The translations under genes and the position numbers were made by a program. Positions 22,527-36,760 of a DNA stretch of 64,000 nt are shown here, piece after piece. The DNA comes from Trichoplax sp. H2 (lineage: Eukaryota): the NCBI GenBank assembly GCA_003344405.1, contig NOWV01000197.1, positions 62,001 to 126,000 of the forward strand, given 5' to 3'. Below the pieces are notes generated by a model. That model worked only from the letters and a program-made list of their open reading frames with translations. It was not told the DNA's origin and did not search any database. Numbering within the stretch: the first letter of the stretch is position 1; each line of letters begins with the position of its first letter.

Positions 22527-25500
22527 CTGCAAACTAAGATAATATTTAATAAGTTCATTTTATAAGTATTGATATTAACAGGTATGGTCTCAGTCATATG
22601 CAGTCATAAATTACTTAAAAATAAAACGGCAGATACTTGTTTATTACTTTATAGCAATGAAACCTGAAACATCACGAAATCTTTTAAATAGAAAGGTAAA
22701 ATTACTATCACGATGCAATCAGTCAAAGAAAATTGAATACTGCACCGCAATATCCTGCAACTATGACACTTTAACTTATTTATGATATACTCTACTATGG
22801 GTCCCGTATTACTAAATTAATTGTAATATGAAATATCGAGACAATACAAATTTGTCCAATCCATTATATAAATCTTATTTGCTCTCCTTAGTAAGTCCTC
22901 AAGTAATGGCAAGCAAGATATTACATTGCAAGTACAGATAACTAACTTTCTCCTGTAATACTATTTCAGAAATCATAACGAATTAGAATATGACTTTAAT
23001 GATGCTATAGAATCTGAAAGAAGTATGCACGATTAGTAATGGGAATCGTATAAGCAATAGTTAATAGAATTGATGCGGTAATCTGGCAACTCCGAGGGAC
23101 AAGTAGATTGATTGAAACTATAGTAAATCATGGCTTTTTCACTTGGTAAGCCTGTAATATGTGACGACAGATATTATGACGGTGGTCAAATCCCTAAAGT
23201 GATAAAACAACAAGTCCACTGTCCTCGCATTTATCCATCATAACGTATAAACTATTCTTAAAGTTGACAAGGCTTACGACTAACATATTACAATTAATTG
23301 GCAAATGAAAGCAATGTACTTGTAATTAACCTTTAACGCTAAGATCTTTAAATTAATCAATATAATATTATTAGATTACTCTAGGAATACTACACTCGTG
23401 TAGCGATGAATTCACATTAATCATTGAAACAGGTACTTTTCAAAAGTTAGCTTGCCCAATTAATAACGTCATGCCTTAGGAAATACTTTACGCTAATTCA
23501 ATAAAAAATACTTGCTAGAGCTCCAATTTCACAAACTCTAATTTATCTGTGGCAATTAATGATTATTCTGAAAAGCCTCAAACTTTAAAATGACTGCATG
23601 ATGGTAAGTAAAGTACATACAACTAATGTAGTTGGCTTGAAAAGATACAGAAGTACACAAGTAAAATATTTGGTCACCAACCTGAAAACCTCAAAATCAC
23701 TCGGCAACAAATAGTATCGAAGATAGTTCTACATAATGATGAAATACTTGATATTATTTATTACCATAATAAATGCTAATACTTGTCCCACTCCTAAGTA
23801 GCCATTTGTAGAAATCTTTACGTTCGAAACAAAAAAGAGAACAATAACCTGAACTACCCTTTCACAATTTATCCTTAAGATCCAAAAGATTGTTTTAACC
23901 GATGATGGTTAAAAGTAAAATTACGAAATAGCTCACAGCTAGGCGAAAAAGAGACAAAGAACAGTCTAGCAATTGCTCAAAAGTATCAAATAGAAGGGTT
24001 AAAGCGGATCCACTGATGCGGTAAAATCAACATTGATTAAGCATGAATTTTCCCGACGAACATAACTTAAAGTAAAATCTATTCATTAGACTATTCAAGT
24101 TGAAAACAGATCATTAGCTAATCGATTACCGATACATTCATTTGGATCGTATCGAGTGTCTCAACCTATAATAACTAGCTATCCAAGATAATAAAAACGG
24201 ATAGCCGTGTATAATTGCTAATAGGGATGAATTTTACATTTAGGATAAATTAGTTCTATTCGGGTAACAATAAAAAATGAGACTTTCTATAATGATCTAG
24301 AATATCACGAGGCAATTCCTTTATGGATTCTGTTTATTATGTTCACGAGAATGACAATTAATATTGTATTAAAATAGACGATGTATTGCGGGAAAAACAT
24401 ATAATTCAATGGCAATAGAATTAACTGAAATCTAAAGTTTATCGCATGATACGCGTAGTTTGCACTTCTGACTGTTAAAGAATATTGTATTCCTAAAAGC
24501 TACGGTACTATAACAGAGAATAAAACACTTATTAATGTCATCCCTTAGTGTAACATTGATTTTTCTCCACTTTTAAGCTGAACTATTTCATTAGCGATCT
24601 AAATACTAATTTTTTTAACTTACTAATGGTTGCTATGAATGATTGGTTTTATCACATATCCGAATCTATCCTGTAGGAGGTACAAGGTGAATAAATTATT
24701 TTCACTCCTAGTGACCCCTGTTATTACTGATCTTTAATCTAAAATAGGAATTAGGTCTAGCAAATTAAATTAAATCTACACACGCACAATATTTGGTTAC
24801 ATGTATAATTGAAGATTTTGTCACATTTTTATGCGTCATTTGTATTTGTTACGACTATGTTACTAATAAATTTTGCAATAAAACGGTCTTATTTTTGACC
24901 ATGTTACAAATATAGCGAGCACCAGTCTCAGTTAAAATTATTCCCCTCGAAGGTATCATATTATACAAAACACAACTTCATTCTTATTAAACCGTACAAT
25001 TGAGGATAGTATCTATCCAATTATATCCGTATTGTGAAGAAGCAGTTAATTTCTTGAATGTTTTAAAATTTCTTGCTAAGGTTACTGCTTTTAATTTTTT
25101 GGAATTAATTTTGTATTCCTACGAAGCAGAATATTTCATTCTGCTTCATTATTAATACATACTCAACATCATCGAGGAAATATCAATTTATCGTTTATGG
25201 TGTATACCAAATATTATTACGAATATATCAAACAGGAATACTAAACCATGTTGAACGTAGAAAACTAAGGTAATAAAGCAAAAAAACTTGAATCTATCGC
25301 GAAATTGATACATTGAGACCTTAAATGACTGCCAATGTACAGTAAATTCTTACCTAATCGATTGTATTAATACCAACAGTGCAATTAAAAGCCGTCAAGC
25401 AACTGATATAAAAATGGATACACTGAAAAAGAAATGGATTCATCATCAACCATAACACAAGAGAATAAACAGCCACAGTAAACTATCACATCAACAACGG

Positions 25501-26424
25501 TGACTCTGATAATAGCCGTTATAATTTACTTTACCTTAATCAAGTGATAGCTGTATAATCAATTAATTATAATTATAATTTTCAGCAGTAGTAGTAACGT
25601 TTTACGTGAGATCAAGATGGTAAGATCACTTTCTCCTTTTAACCTTCTCTAGCTAGTAAAAGTTGACATATGAAGAATAGATTCACGCATAGCGTACTCC
25701 TAACTAACCTTATAAGGGTGGACTAATTAACAATTAATGGTATGGACAGAGTCAAATTAATAAAGAAAAAAAATAGAAATTGCATTAAAATGGACACAAA
25801 AGATTTTAAATTAAATAGACTTTGATGTAGAGCAAAATATGGGTTACCTAGTATACTTTGAAAGAAAACAATTTATTCAATTCTCGATGGCGCAAAGTTT
25901 ACGTTACAACACCTTGAAAAGAAAAGAAAATATTCTGATGAAACAACCAATCATCATTATCCAAGATCATAAAGGAAAATAACGGAAGTTCATGTCATTT
26001 TTGTGTCAGAAAATACTGGGAAACAAACTCAAACTGAATAGTCTATCAATCATAAAATAGGCCCTGCTATCATTTCGTGAAAGAAATTGGAAGTAACCTG
26101 GCTGTTAACGTAACCATGTTTCTATTAAAATTCGACACGATAGAATCAATAAAAATACCAATACTTAAGACCAGAGATTGAATGAAATTGAGAACAAAGG
26201 GTAATAAATTAATGCTCTGATGTATTTAGTAAGCAATTCAATAATGGGAACTTTAATAAATTATTTTGTATTTTCTCTAAAGTGATGCTGTAATAATGCA
26301 GCATTCATGTTGCAGTGCCCGGTTTTTTGACGGCATACCCATATTTGAAAGATCAATCGATACATTCATTAATAAAGCAATACATTAGAATCCATATCAG
26401 AATCTATTTTAATTCAGCATGTCC

Positions 26425-27000
26425 TCCAGAAAGTATGATGTAATAATGGAGTAGTTGTTCATATATTACAGAATCAAGTCGATCAGATATTATATTTGTT
26501 AGATTAATTAAGTTATATATGAACGTCAGGTCTGGCTTCATGCTACATTTTTTAAATGATTACTAACCTAATAGTGCAGTCCTTTCTTTAATTATAGGGC
26601 TAGTAAAAATTGCCCTTTTCTCTCGAAATTATGATGGAATAATACAGCAGTCATTCATATATTGTAGAATCAGGCCAATCAGATATTATATTGGTTAGAT
26701 TAGTTGAATTATATCTGAGCACCAGATCTAGCTTTGAATCTATGGTTTTTAAATGATTGGTAACCAAATAATGCAGCCTTTATGTGATAGCGCTAGTAAA
26801 ATTACCCTTTTCTCTGAGATTATGATGTGGTAGTGCAGTAGGTATTTATTTGTTATAGAATCAAGTCAATCAGATTTTATATTTGTTAGATTATTTAAAT
26901 TATATCTGAGCATCAGGTCTGGCTGTAATGCTGCACTGTTTGAATGATTGGTAACCTTATAATGCAGCTCTTCCATTAATGTACTAGTTGAATTAGCTGT
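26425..27000. repeat. Diverged tandem repeat, 3 copies of ~190-196 bp
   Basis: AGAATCAAGTCGATCAGATATTATATTTGTTAGATTA.. recurs with variation at ~26470, ~26666 and ~26857. Confidence 0.85.
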
Positions 27001-30000
27001 GATATTTGATGGACAGATTAGGATCGATTGAAAGATAAATATCAATATTAATAAACTTGACTAGCTTGAACCTCAATTCAGCAATTTCTAGATGATTTGT
27101 TGTCTAATAATACGATCATTCTTAGTATGGCACTAGATCGATTAGATCCTACATTTCATATTGATGAGTTGAAAACCGAAAGTACATACCGTACTAGATC
27201 CTATAATGCAGATATTGTAATATAGCATTGGTCTGATAGACCAGCATACCAGAAATCTATGCGATGTCCGCTCCGTCTCCTAAATATTGAAGGATAGAAC
27301 TCGTTTACAAGATAATTCAATCTTGTTCATATCGAATGTCGTATGTCAGGATAGGGAAAGAAAACTCTATTAGATCAATCCTGTTGTTCTTAACTGAAAA
27401 AAAAGAAATAGTTAGTCATTTTTTTAATATTTCGAAGTTGTTGATCATGAAATATAGCTACAAATTATCGGTAAATTCGATCCATAGAATTTACTACTGA
27501 AATAGGGCAACTTTGGACACATTCAGTACAGAATACTGATTAGATTAAATAATTATGTAGTATAGGAATAATTGACAGTGGAAAAATATTTTTCATCCTT
27601 AAACAGAGAGGAGGTGTTAAATAAAATTTTATGCAAATTTTGTAATCGATAATTCAATATCGTTGTATATAGAGAAGATTTGATCAAAGATCAATCGTGC
27701 AAATATTGATTGAAATTGAAAGAATTTAGATTGGCATTATTTCAATACATTAAAGTCTGTCAGATAGCTTATAATCGTATAGGCTAAAATTATCTAAGTG
27801 AATTAAAAGCATAATATTTCCAAGAAAACTAGGTAATGTGGAGAATCTTCAGGAACTGTTTTCTATTGAGATTCATGAAGTGTCCAATGCCTGTATAAAA
27901 ATAGGAGAATAGAAAGTATATTTTCGTCCTTGTCAGAGAAGATATTAAAATGCGATTCTACGCAAACTAGATCAATCAATAATTATCATTATCGTGTTCT
28001 TCATGCCGGGAAATTGATCAAGATTAAATCATACGAGTAATTACAGGAAATTAAAGGAAAATTCATGGGTATTTTTTGAATATTTTAAAGTTATCGACGA
28101 ATTATTTTGCCGAAAAATTATCCGCCAATTTGAGAGTTTACTAATTAAACTACGTTTAAGAGATACCGATATAGTTTTAATGAATCTTTGCAAAAATTCA
28201 ATAATTTTGAAATTTGAAGAAATGCAACATTTAACTTTAAGTAACACTGAATATAATAGTGATAGCCAAATGTTTATCATCGAAGATTTTCAATAAATTA
28301 TCCGAAATATGAAATGCTATCAACGGCTAATCTTGATCAAGTTTCATAGTGCTTCAGTGTTATAGAGAAATGTATTGTATTTCCGCTAGGAAAGTATTGT
28401 CTGACAACTTTCAAAGCTCTGCTGTTTTAGAAATAGTAAAGAAAATCATGATATAAAAGTTCTTTAGATTTGCTAAGAAAGATTGCAAACGGAATTGTCT
28501 ATTGATATTATCCTAAAGGTATCTTCTCACGATTAAATTCAGGTGATTTATAATCAGTAAGGCTGAATAGTTTTTGCTATTTCGAAAGGGGTAAAAATGC
28601 TAACGGCTAGGATGAAGTCCGATGAACGATTATGCTTATCGTGATCTATTTGGACATGGTATCAATATTCCATAGACATTCAAATCTACAAGCCGTTCGG
28701 TATATAAACCGCTCATTATTATAGAATAATAATAATTTCCAGACAATGAAAATCTTGAAGACATTGGATGACCATAGAAAGTAATTCCTTCACCTAAATT
28801 GCTCTGGTATATCCAACGGTAAGGTAATAAAGTGAAGCAAAACGAATGCTCATCAACGAGATAAAACAAAAATATCCAAGGAAATGGTAAGAATTCTAGT
28901 AGAGTAAAGTTGCATTGCTAAAGATTGAACTATTTATGTTGCTGCTATAAAAAGTACTGTACTATGCTAGCCAATGGTTCTTAAGGGGTTGATGATACAA
29001 AAATTAATTTGATTCAAGTTCTAATCTTCTAAAATCTGAAGTATAAACTTTACCAATGTTATTGTATCAGCTATAGCAGAGATGCACCTTCAGTTCTGTT
29101 CATAGGACATTGATCATGAGTAACAAACAGGAATACAGCTAATAGTATGCAATAGAATTGCTAAAGCATTCAGCCTAAAGACATAATAATCGGCTAATTA
29201 AAATTATGAAAATATTGAAAAGGTTTATCAGAAATGAAATCCCTGTCTACGCTGATGGCACTTTGAAATCTCGTACTGTATAAATGGAGATATTTTGGGA
29301 GTGATGCCTTATAAAATCGACAATTCTTATAATAGAATGCTAATTGCAGTTATTCGTACCCGGAGGGCATTCAATGTTGAATCGGTTAGACGTTCACTGC
29401 TTTAAAACTGGTTTCGAAAGTATATTATTTTGACTATATTTTGAATCATTACTTTTGATCACAGTATTTGAATTATAATTATCTGCGTTCTACCAGTAGC
29501 CGGTATTGAATCGATAGGAAACTTATTGCATTAGAGATTCTTGGAAATACTATCATATTTCGACTTGCACAATTAACCACATTGTAGCATTTGATATGGG
29601 TCATCAAATTTATTTACGGTATTATTTTGATAAGGGTTATTACATTTACTTTAGATTCTATTGTAATCCTAAATGTAGGCATTACAGATATCATTCATAA
29701 TGTTGATATACGCAATACTTAAGACATTGATGATAATATATTATCCTGACTCAAGTCTATTTATCGTCTTGTAAAACATTAATACATAGACAGAATAGTT
29801 TTCGGTAATCGCTTAGTAAAATATCTAGCAATCATCGATACTTTTGTTTCTTCTAAATTGTAATAATGTTGTCCAATATACGCGTCGATTTCGTCGAAAA
29901 TACTCATCTATTGCAAATAGATTCACTTCTTTTGCTACAATACAACCTGGTGGAGTTTGGTTATCCATCATTGTAATTTCGACCCATCTCATAGCGAAAT

Positions 30001-30207
30001 GCTAAACGATTATCCGGATGCGTTTTTACGAAGACATTTTAACAATAATTTTAAAATGAAGTATAAATTCACCCATTGCATACAATATGCAGAATATTGA
30101 ATTTTATTTTATACTGCTGTAGGTACGAAGCCAATGTAATAGAGGTAATTTTTATGCTGCACATTATTAGCATATGCAGTACTCGAATAAAAATGCCAAT
30201 CATTGAC

Positions 30208-33119
30208 TTAAACTTTGACATCGTCAACATCTGGATGATAAAAATTATATTCTTGATCAGTTCCAAAGATCACTCCTTCCTGCGTGAGCTGCACCTATGT
30301 AAGCAAACAAGCTCAATCAATAAAGAAAATGATTCTAGAAGTGAAAGCAAATCATATTAAAAAACTATCATGAATAGCTTTTCTAGCTCTGCGCAACCTG
30401 ATAACTAGTAATTCTGCTGTTATAAAATTCTTACTTACTGGTAGGGAAGTGTTATCACGTCCTATTAATGTATTTGGAATACGACAGTATACCACTATAC
30501 AATGGATAAAAACGCAGAAGAAGAACACATAGAATATTGCTACCACTGCATTAATTGCAACGCTGCTAGTTGATGGAGGTTGATTGTTGTCATATTGATT
30601 AGAAGGATGGGATGAAGGTAAGCCAAGATTCACAAAATTGATGGCCAAGATAACAAATCCTCCAATTAATGTAATTAAGCTGATAATAGTAAACGTTAAA
30701 TGTGCCTTAGCCTAGTAGTAAAAGTGTACATAAACGCAATCAGTTAGATCAGGAAAAAGGCATTGAAGGAAAATTTACGTTCAATTTATGCAACATATGT
30801 TGATAGTGTATATGTTATGCATACCACACATGGCTCATAACAATCCTTGGAATAGGTGGCTATCCCTAAGGATGCAGCAACAATCGCCTAGATTAGATCA
30901 ACATTACGAGATACGTTAGGATAGTTGTGATAAATATTGAGAGAATATCAACTGAAAAATTGTATTTTACTAGAGTAATTTATTGGTAAAATTATTTTTA
31001 TTATAAATGAGATACATCAGGATAATCGCGATAAATATCAAGAAAATGTTAACCACAATATCGTATTTTAATTGAAAATTTTATAAAGTAATTTATTAGC
31101 AACATCATTTTTATTGTAACTTAGATACTGTTGGAGCGATAAATTTATAGAATTGCGCTTGTAGTTGTGGACGCAGTTGCTCATAGTCTTAGTAACTATC
31201 GCTATGTACCCAACCACCAAGTCGCTTTTATTTATAATCGGTAAACATTGGTAAATCGTATTAGCGTAGCATGATAAATTGTCATCGTCGATAACAAATG
31301 CAGAATATACCCTAATGCTCATTGCAAATTGGATAATAAAAAGGGATTTTAAATAGCACGTTTAATTAAATATACAGGAATTCTACATCCTCTTGAACGA
31401 ATCTTGTCTGGAAATAGTGTAGACTATAGCAAAAAAAATTATATAATTACGGTAAACACAGCAGGTAAGGATATAATAGTTTATATAAATTCAGAAAAAG
31501 AGAAGTTTGTATTTAACATTCTCTCAATACACTTGTAACTGTATATCGAATTTATTTATTCTTCAAAACTTATAAGTGTGACAACTGCAAAATATAGAAC
31601 TGCTGCAGTATAACAATATACCAGGATTAGCGCAGCAACTTTCTAAGTTATCAGCATAGGCTGTTTCAATGGCTAAACTAAATACACGATGGTTAGTATC
31701 GTTATTGATACAAGAACTAGAAAAAATGGAAACCTTCAGAAGTTGCTGTCATTGGCCTTCTCGAAAACATGATGAATATCAACGATTTCATTATTACAAT
31801 ATCCTTTTATTAAATTCAACAATTTTTCAAGTACGTTGCTTGCGCGTATACGAGTATATGAAAAATGATGCCTTTTTTGACTTTTTTATTACGGCTGCCA
31901 ATGCTATGGCCACGTACAAAATGTGGAGAATAATTTTATGAATTCATTTGTAGCTAAATGTCAGCGCTACGCTTACGTAATAATACAAGGCTGCAAGTAT
32001 TTTATTTCTTCGATTAATCCCTGCGGGATGCAGTCGTAAATAGACGAGCCTAGCATTCTGTAAATAAGTCCGTTATATCATTTATACCATTTTCTGAGAT
32101 TGAATAGCAGTAAAAATTTACTGCCAGGCATCTTTTTTTGTTGGCACAGCATTATCTATTGATTCTTAGAATCAATAGAATTTTCAAGGTATGCTTTCAT
32201 TGCGAAGAGATACCTCTAATTGTATCTGGTATGCAATTTATTCAATTATCAAGTGGATTTCTAATTGATTTCAAATAGCAGAGATAGAATGATGGCATTC
32301 CACTTGGTTCTAGTGGTGCCATCATTCCTATAAAAGGGTTTAAAGTCCAATCTATATTGTAACGAATAGCTTTGTCGAATAAAACTTTCTATTCTGTTGT
32401 AAGGATAACTGCGTCATTAAAACAACTATTTTGTATATTAATGACAGCATTTTCAATAGAATATTGGGTAAAATAACACAAATTTTTAATCCTCTTTTAC
32501 AATGAAACTATTCATGGCACCTTTAGATTCATTCTATAGTATAGTAGATTTGGTATGTCAATTTTCAACCAATTTAAGCAAAATAAAAATAGAGAACATT
32601 TCCTATGGACTTTCACTAGAATATTAGGTAAAATAACATAAATTTTTAATCCTCTTTTACAATGAAACCATTTATGACCCTTTTAAATTCATTCTATAGT
32701 ATAGTAGATTTGGTATGTCAATTTTTAACCAATTTAATCAAAATAGAAATAGAGAATATTTTCTATGAACTTGAGATAGCAAGTTTCATGGTAATCGTAG
32801 GGATAGAAGTTATATTATGCACTCTAAACATATGACCATAATAATGATATCAATTGGTTATAATTTGAAGAGAAAATATAGATAAATACATAAAATTTAC
32901 CGGTATTCCGATCCAGAAGCAATGGCCAGCAAATATGATTCCATTTGTATGTAAAGCTACCATCGGTATAAACAAAGCTAAGAGGCCACAAAGCACTACA
33001 TTGATCGCCAAAGCAATAACTAAAGCACACTCATATACAATGCGCTTTGTTGAAGTATGGCCAGGTGTACGGCTAGAAGTTTGAGATTCGGAACCATTGG
33101 AAGTAGAAGTTAACTCCAT
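30208..33119 (-). CDS. CD20/MS4A-like four-transmembrane protein, paralog A (~213 aa, 4 exons)
   Basis: Exons 33119-32901 (..GIIFAGHCFWIGIP), 30887-30825 (AIVAASLGIATYSKDCYEPCV), 30711-30439 (AKAHLTFTIISL..FYVFFFCVFIHCIVVYCRIP..) and 30294-30208, all with phase-0 GT-AG introns and four hydrophobic segments. Joining exon 1 across the 2-kb intron is inferred from the paralog. Confidence 0.65.
32457..32768. repeat. Tandem duplication of ~160 bp
   Basis: TAGAATATTRGGTAAAATAAC..TTTTTAATCCTCTTTTACAATGAAAC..ATTCATTCTATAGTATAGTAGATTTGGTATGTCAATTTT occurs at 32457 and 32617. Confidence 0.9.
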
Positions 33120-35509
33120 ATTAGCAGTATAAATGCGATTTGGAACAAGTTGATGGAAAGGTCGTTGGAAGAACTTTACCAACCAAGTTTGATGAAATGG
33201 ATCAGTATTTGGTCAAAATTTTTTGAACTAAGAGCGAGAAATACGTAATAAATTAGCACCATTGAAGATAATTTGATTGGTAGTGGATTTAAAACTGGAA
33301 TATCATAGTTTAGGTGATATAAAATATAGTAGATTAAGATAGGGGATTACATTCCATTTGATTTCATGTTTCGTTATAAAAACGAGCTTCATAAGGTACT
33401 ACCGGAATTGGATTCAATTCAATATTAGAAGATAATTGGAAGTGAAGTATGCTTGAAGGCCTTCCTCATACTTGTACATGAAATAAATTAAAAAAGGGAA
33501 TGGAATAAATGTCTTGGGAGGTAAATAAGGCAGAACACATGTACAGTATACTGATCATCATGACGATATGTTCCTATCAAAACAATCATTTCCGTTGCCG
33601 ATGTATTTTTGAAGACTTTGCCTACAAATATTGTAACAATCATGGATAGGAATAAGCTTATGACGCTTAGGCTATAAATCATGAGTTATTAAATTTAAAA
33701 ATTTCGGTCTATCGGTATTTACTAGCTATTAGTAAAGCAAAATTATAAAGTCAGATTTTACTATGATTTTGGCAATAGATGACACATTCATGCCGTCTAT
33801 GTTTTAGCCTACATCAACGGAGGAGTGCTTGATTGTATTCTATTGGTAGTCCTCTACAAGAAAGGCATGATCACTAGAACGATTTAATTTCACATTGAAT
33901 TTATTATCCGATAATGATCGAACTTTGAGCGATGTTTCAAAACGAGTAAAATGTATACTTTTGCTTCGATAGACTCTATCATTGGTAGGTATAGACCCAA
34001 TCATATGATTTAAGCATGTTGGAAATTTAGCCAGTTAAAGCAACAAAGGTGAAACATGATATGTATATGCGGCAATTAAATCGATCCATAGTATCATTAA
34101 TCAACTTTACTAGAATGAAAAGTGCATGATATTGAATTTAGGGAAGGATTGTGTAAAGATACAGTACAATGATGACCAATAGAGAGTATAGAGTATCTTG
34201 TGTAGTCAAAAGATATTACTCCAAATGTCTATTTAATGCTGGATAATTTGGAATTTTCAATTTGAATGTTACCCTCTTTTATCTACATAATTAGTATCTT
34301 TTAACTTTTTCCCATTAAACATAATAGATCGTATGGTATGTTGTTTTCATTCAGGAATAAAGGCAAGAATCAACACGGAAATTGAAGTATACGCTATTTT
34401 AGAAATAGTGCGGTAGATCGAGATGCCAATCCTATAACTGGTCCCGCAGAGTAGAGTGTATTTACCTTGATAATTTATATAAGTGAGGAGAATCATGATG
34501 ATATTCAAGCACAATGCACAGTCCCAAAATGGACCATCACCTTGATGATGAAGCATTTTTTTTTTCTACCTCCATGATGTTGATTATTTGACAGTATCCT
34601 TTCTTTGACAGTCCGTCACATTTCTATGATCAATACTTTATATATTGACAACATAGTGATGTTTTTGATCAACAAAATCATTTTAGCATAGTAACACTGT
34701 ACGCTGCTAGTATATAAAAATAAATAATTCAATCCTAACCGATTGACTCCTACGTTTTGGTGCTATCTCTTATTGGCGTCCCTATCTTATTGTTCTTATT
34801 TTGTGTTTATTTTTTTAGATAAGATTGAATTGTATACTACTGCTATGTATCGATACATGTTTTTTTTTGTAGGACATGATGAAGTTTGATGAAGAGCAAT
34901 TTGGACTTGTCCCTTATTTTCGACCTCATTGACTGCATCGCTATCATAACACACCATCAATCCAAGTGGTCGACAACGACCAACTCACTTGATTTCCTAT
35001 CGTTCATTCATTTGAATAACTTACCTAGCAATCGATGAGAGAGCTACATCAATTCGTTTCTAGCTTGCCAACTTGATTATCTTGTGGTATCTAATGTTGT
35101 TGTACGTCGATGATCAGCAATCGCATGAATTTTAATTTTCTCTTCATGTCATCGCTTTTATCAATGAAGTTGTGCTTCATTGTTTACATGGTTTGCTTTT
35201 ATTATTAGAGTGCCAACACGACAGTCCAGTGTATGTACTGTAGGTTGCCTAGAAAAGACTGTAACAGTCAGAACCGGGCAGTACTCTACGTTAGTCCCCC
35301 AAACAATGCTGTTGAAGACTACATACAGTATGGAGAAGTGGTTCACCCCAACATGAGCTTGTCTTGTCGTCTCTCCCTCCCTTTCGAAATTTCAATATTG
35401 TCCTCATTTTTGCTTTGACAATCCACAATCATCATCTCTATCGATCATCATAGTACGTCTCTATCCATTTTGAGCATCTTTCTACTGACTAGACTTAGGG
35501 ACAACGAAA

Positions 35510-36760
35510 GTGAAGACTCTGAGACTGTCGACACTTGTACGAAATGAGGAGTGCAGTGTCCGCCGGCCATTTTACAAATTTGCCCTTCAGTACTCATTAT
35601 TACAAGGAGTCATTGTCCACTGATCGTACTAGTCCGATTAAGTCTGAGTAAAGACTCTTCGACTGTCCAATAGTGTCTATACTTGTACCAAAGGATGAGT
35701 GCATTCCCTCATAGTGTTCATACTTTTACGCCATGATGAGTATAGTCCGCCGGCCATTTGACAAAATTTGCCCATCAGGACTCGGCAGTGCTCCATACAA
35801 TCTTATTGTTGGTACTCAGTACAGAACTCTTTGTTTACTGACAGGACTAGTCTGACTACAGTACAATATACTGTAGCAGAGTCCGTGAATCCTCCACTTC
35901 TGTACCGTAGACTGGACACTCCGTTACACAGCGGGTCACCATGGCTAATGAAGTCAGTGCTGTTCATTAGTTCTACAGTACTTATTGTCCTCTGATAGTA
36001 CTGTACAGTACTGTAGTCTGGTTGACTCTGACTACAGTGTACACTGTACAGTACTGTACGTACTGTACAGTATACCTTCTGGGCGACCGTAGCCAAGACT
36101 CTTCGACTGTCCGATCATGTTCATACTTTTACCAAATGATGACTGCAGTCCCTAAAAATGTCCATACTCGTACTTATAGGAGATGATGAGTGCCGCGGAC
36201 CTTTTACCAAATGATGACTGCAGTCTCTCAAAGTGTCCATACTTGCACTTGTAGGAAATGATGAGTGCCGTCTGTCGGCCATGTTACAAAATTGACCCTT
36301 CAGTACTCATTGTCCACTGACAGTACAGTACTAGTCTGAATACAATATACTGTACAGTATAGCAGTGTCCGCGACTCTCGCAGTGTTGAAGTTAGACTGT
36401 ATGGCATGGACGAACGACGTGTACACTGCACGCTAGACCATGCGAGAATAGCAAAAGTTGTTTGAATCATTGCTTACCCCCTCTCAACGGAGATGTTCAC
36501 TATGACACACCGATACTATTTCAAAATTTTGGTCAATTTACTTTTAGTACTCGCGCAAGACGAATGGACACAACGTCCAACAGATGTTCTAAATTCGGCC
36601 ATTTCTTTTTAACGGACTGAAATAGGCGCCACGTACATGTACAGTACAGTATTCTTGTATGGTCTACAGTACACAGTACTGTAGTGTACACTCAGTGACA
36701 CAGCGGGTCACCCATTGGTTAATGAAGTTACTACGGTTCATTAACAGTACAGTCCAGTAC
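35510..36760. repeat. Composite local repeat cluster (possible mobile-element relic)
   Basis: CCGCCGGCCATTTTACAAATTTGCCCTTCAGTACTC-like unit at ~35560, ~35747 and ~36275; GACTCTTCGACTGTCC at ~35653 and ~36097; CACAGCGGGTCACC..AATGAAGT at ~35927 and ~36699. Confidence 0.7.

Noticed and set aside
31190..31330. Possible degenerate extra first exon of an MS4A-like gene (..IKATWWLGT)
   Set aside because: It contains stops and the similarity is too weak to support by eye.
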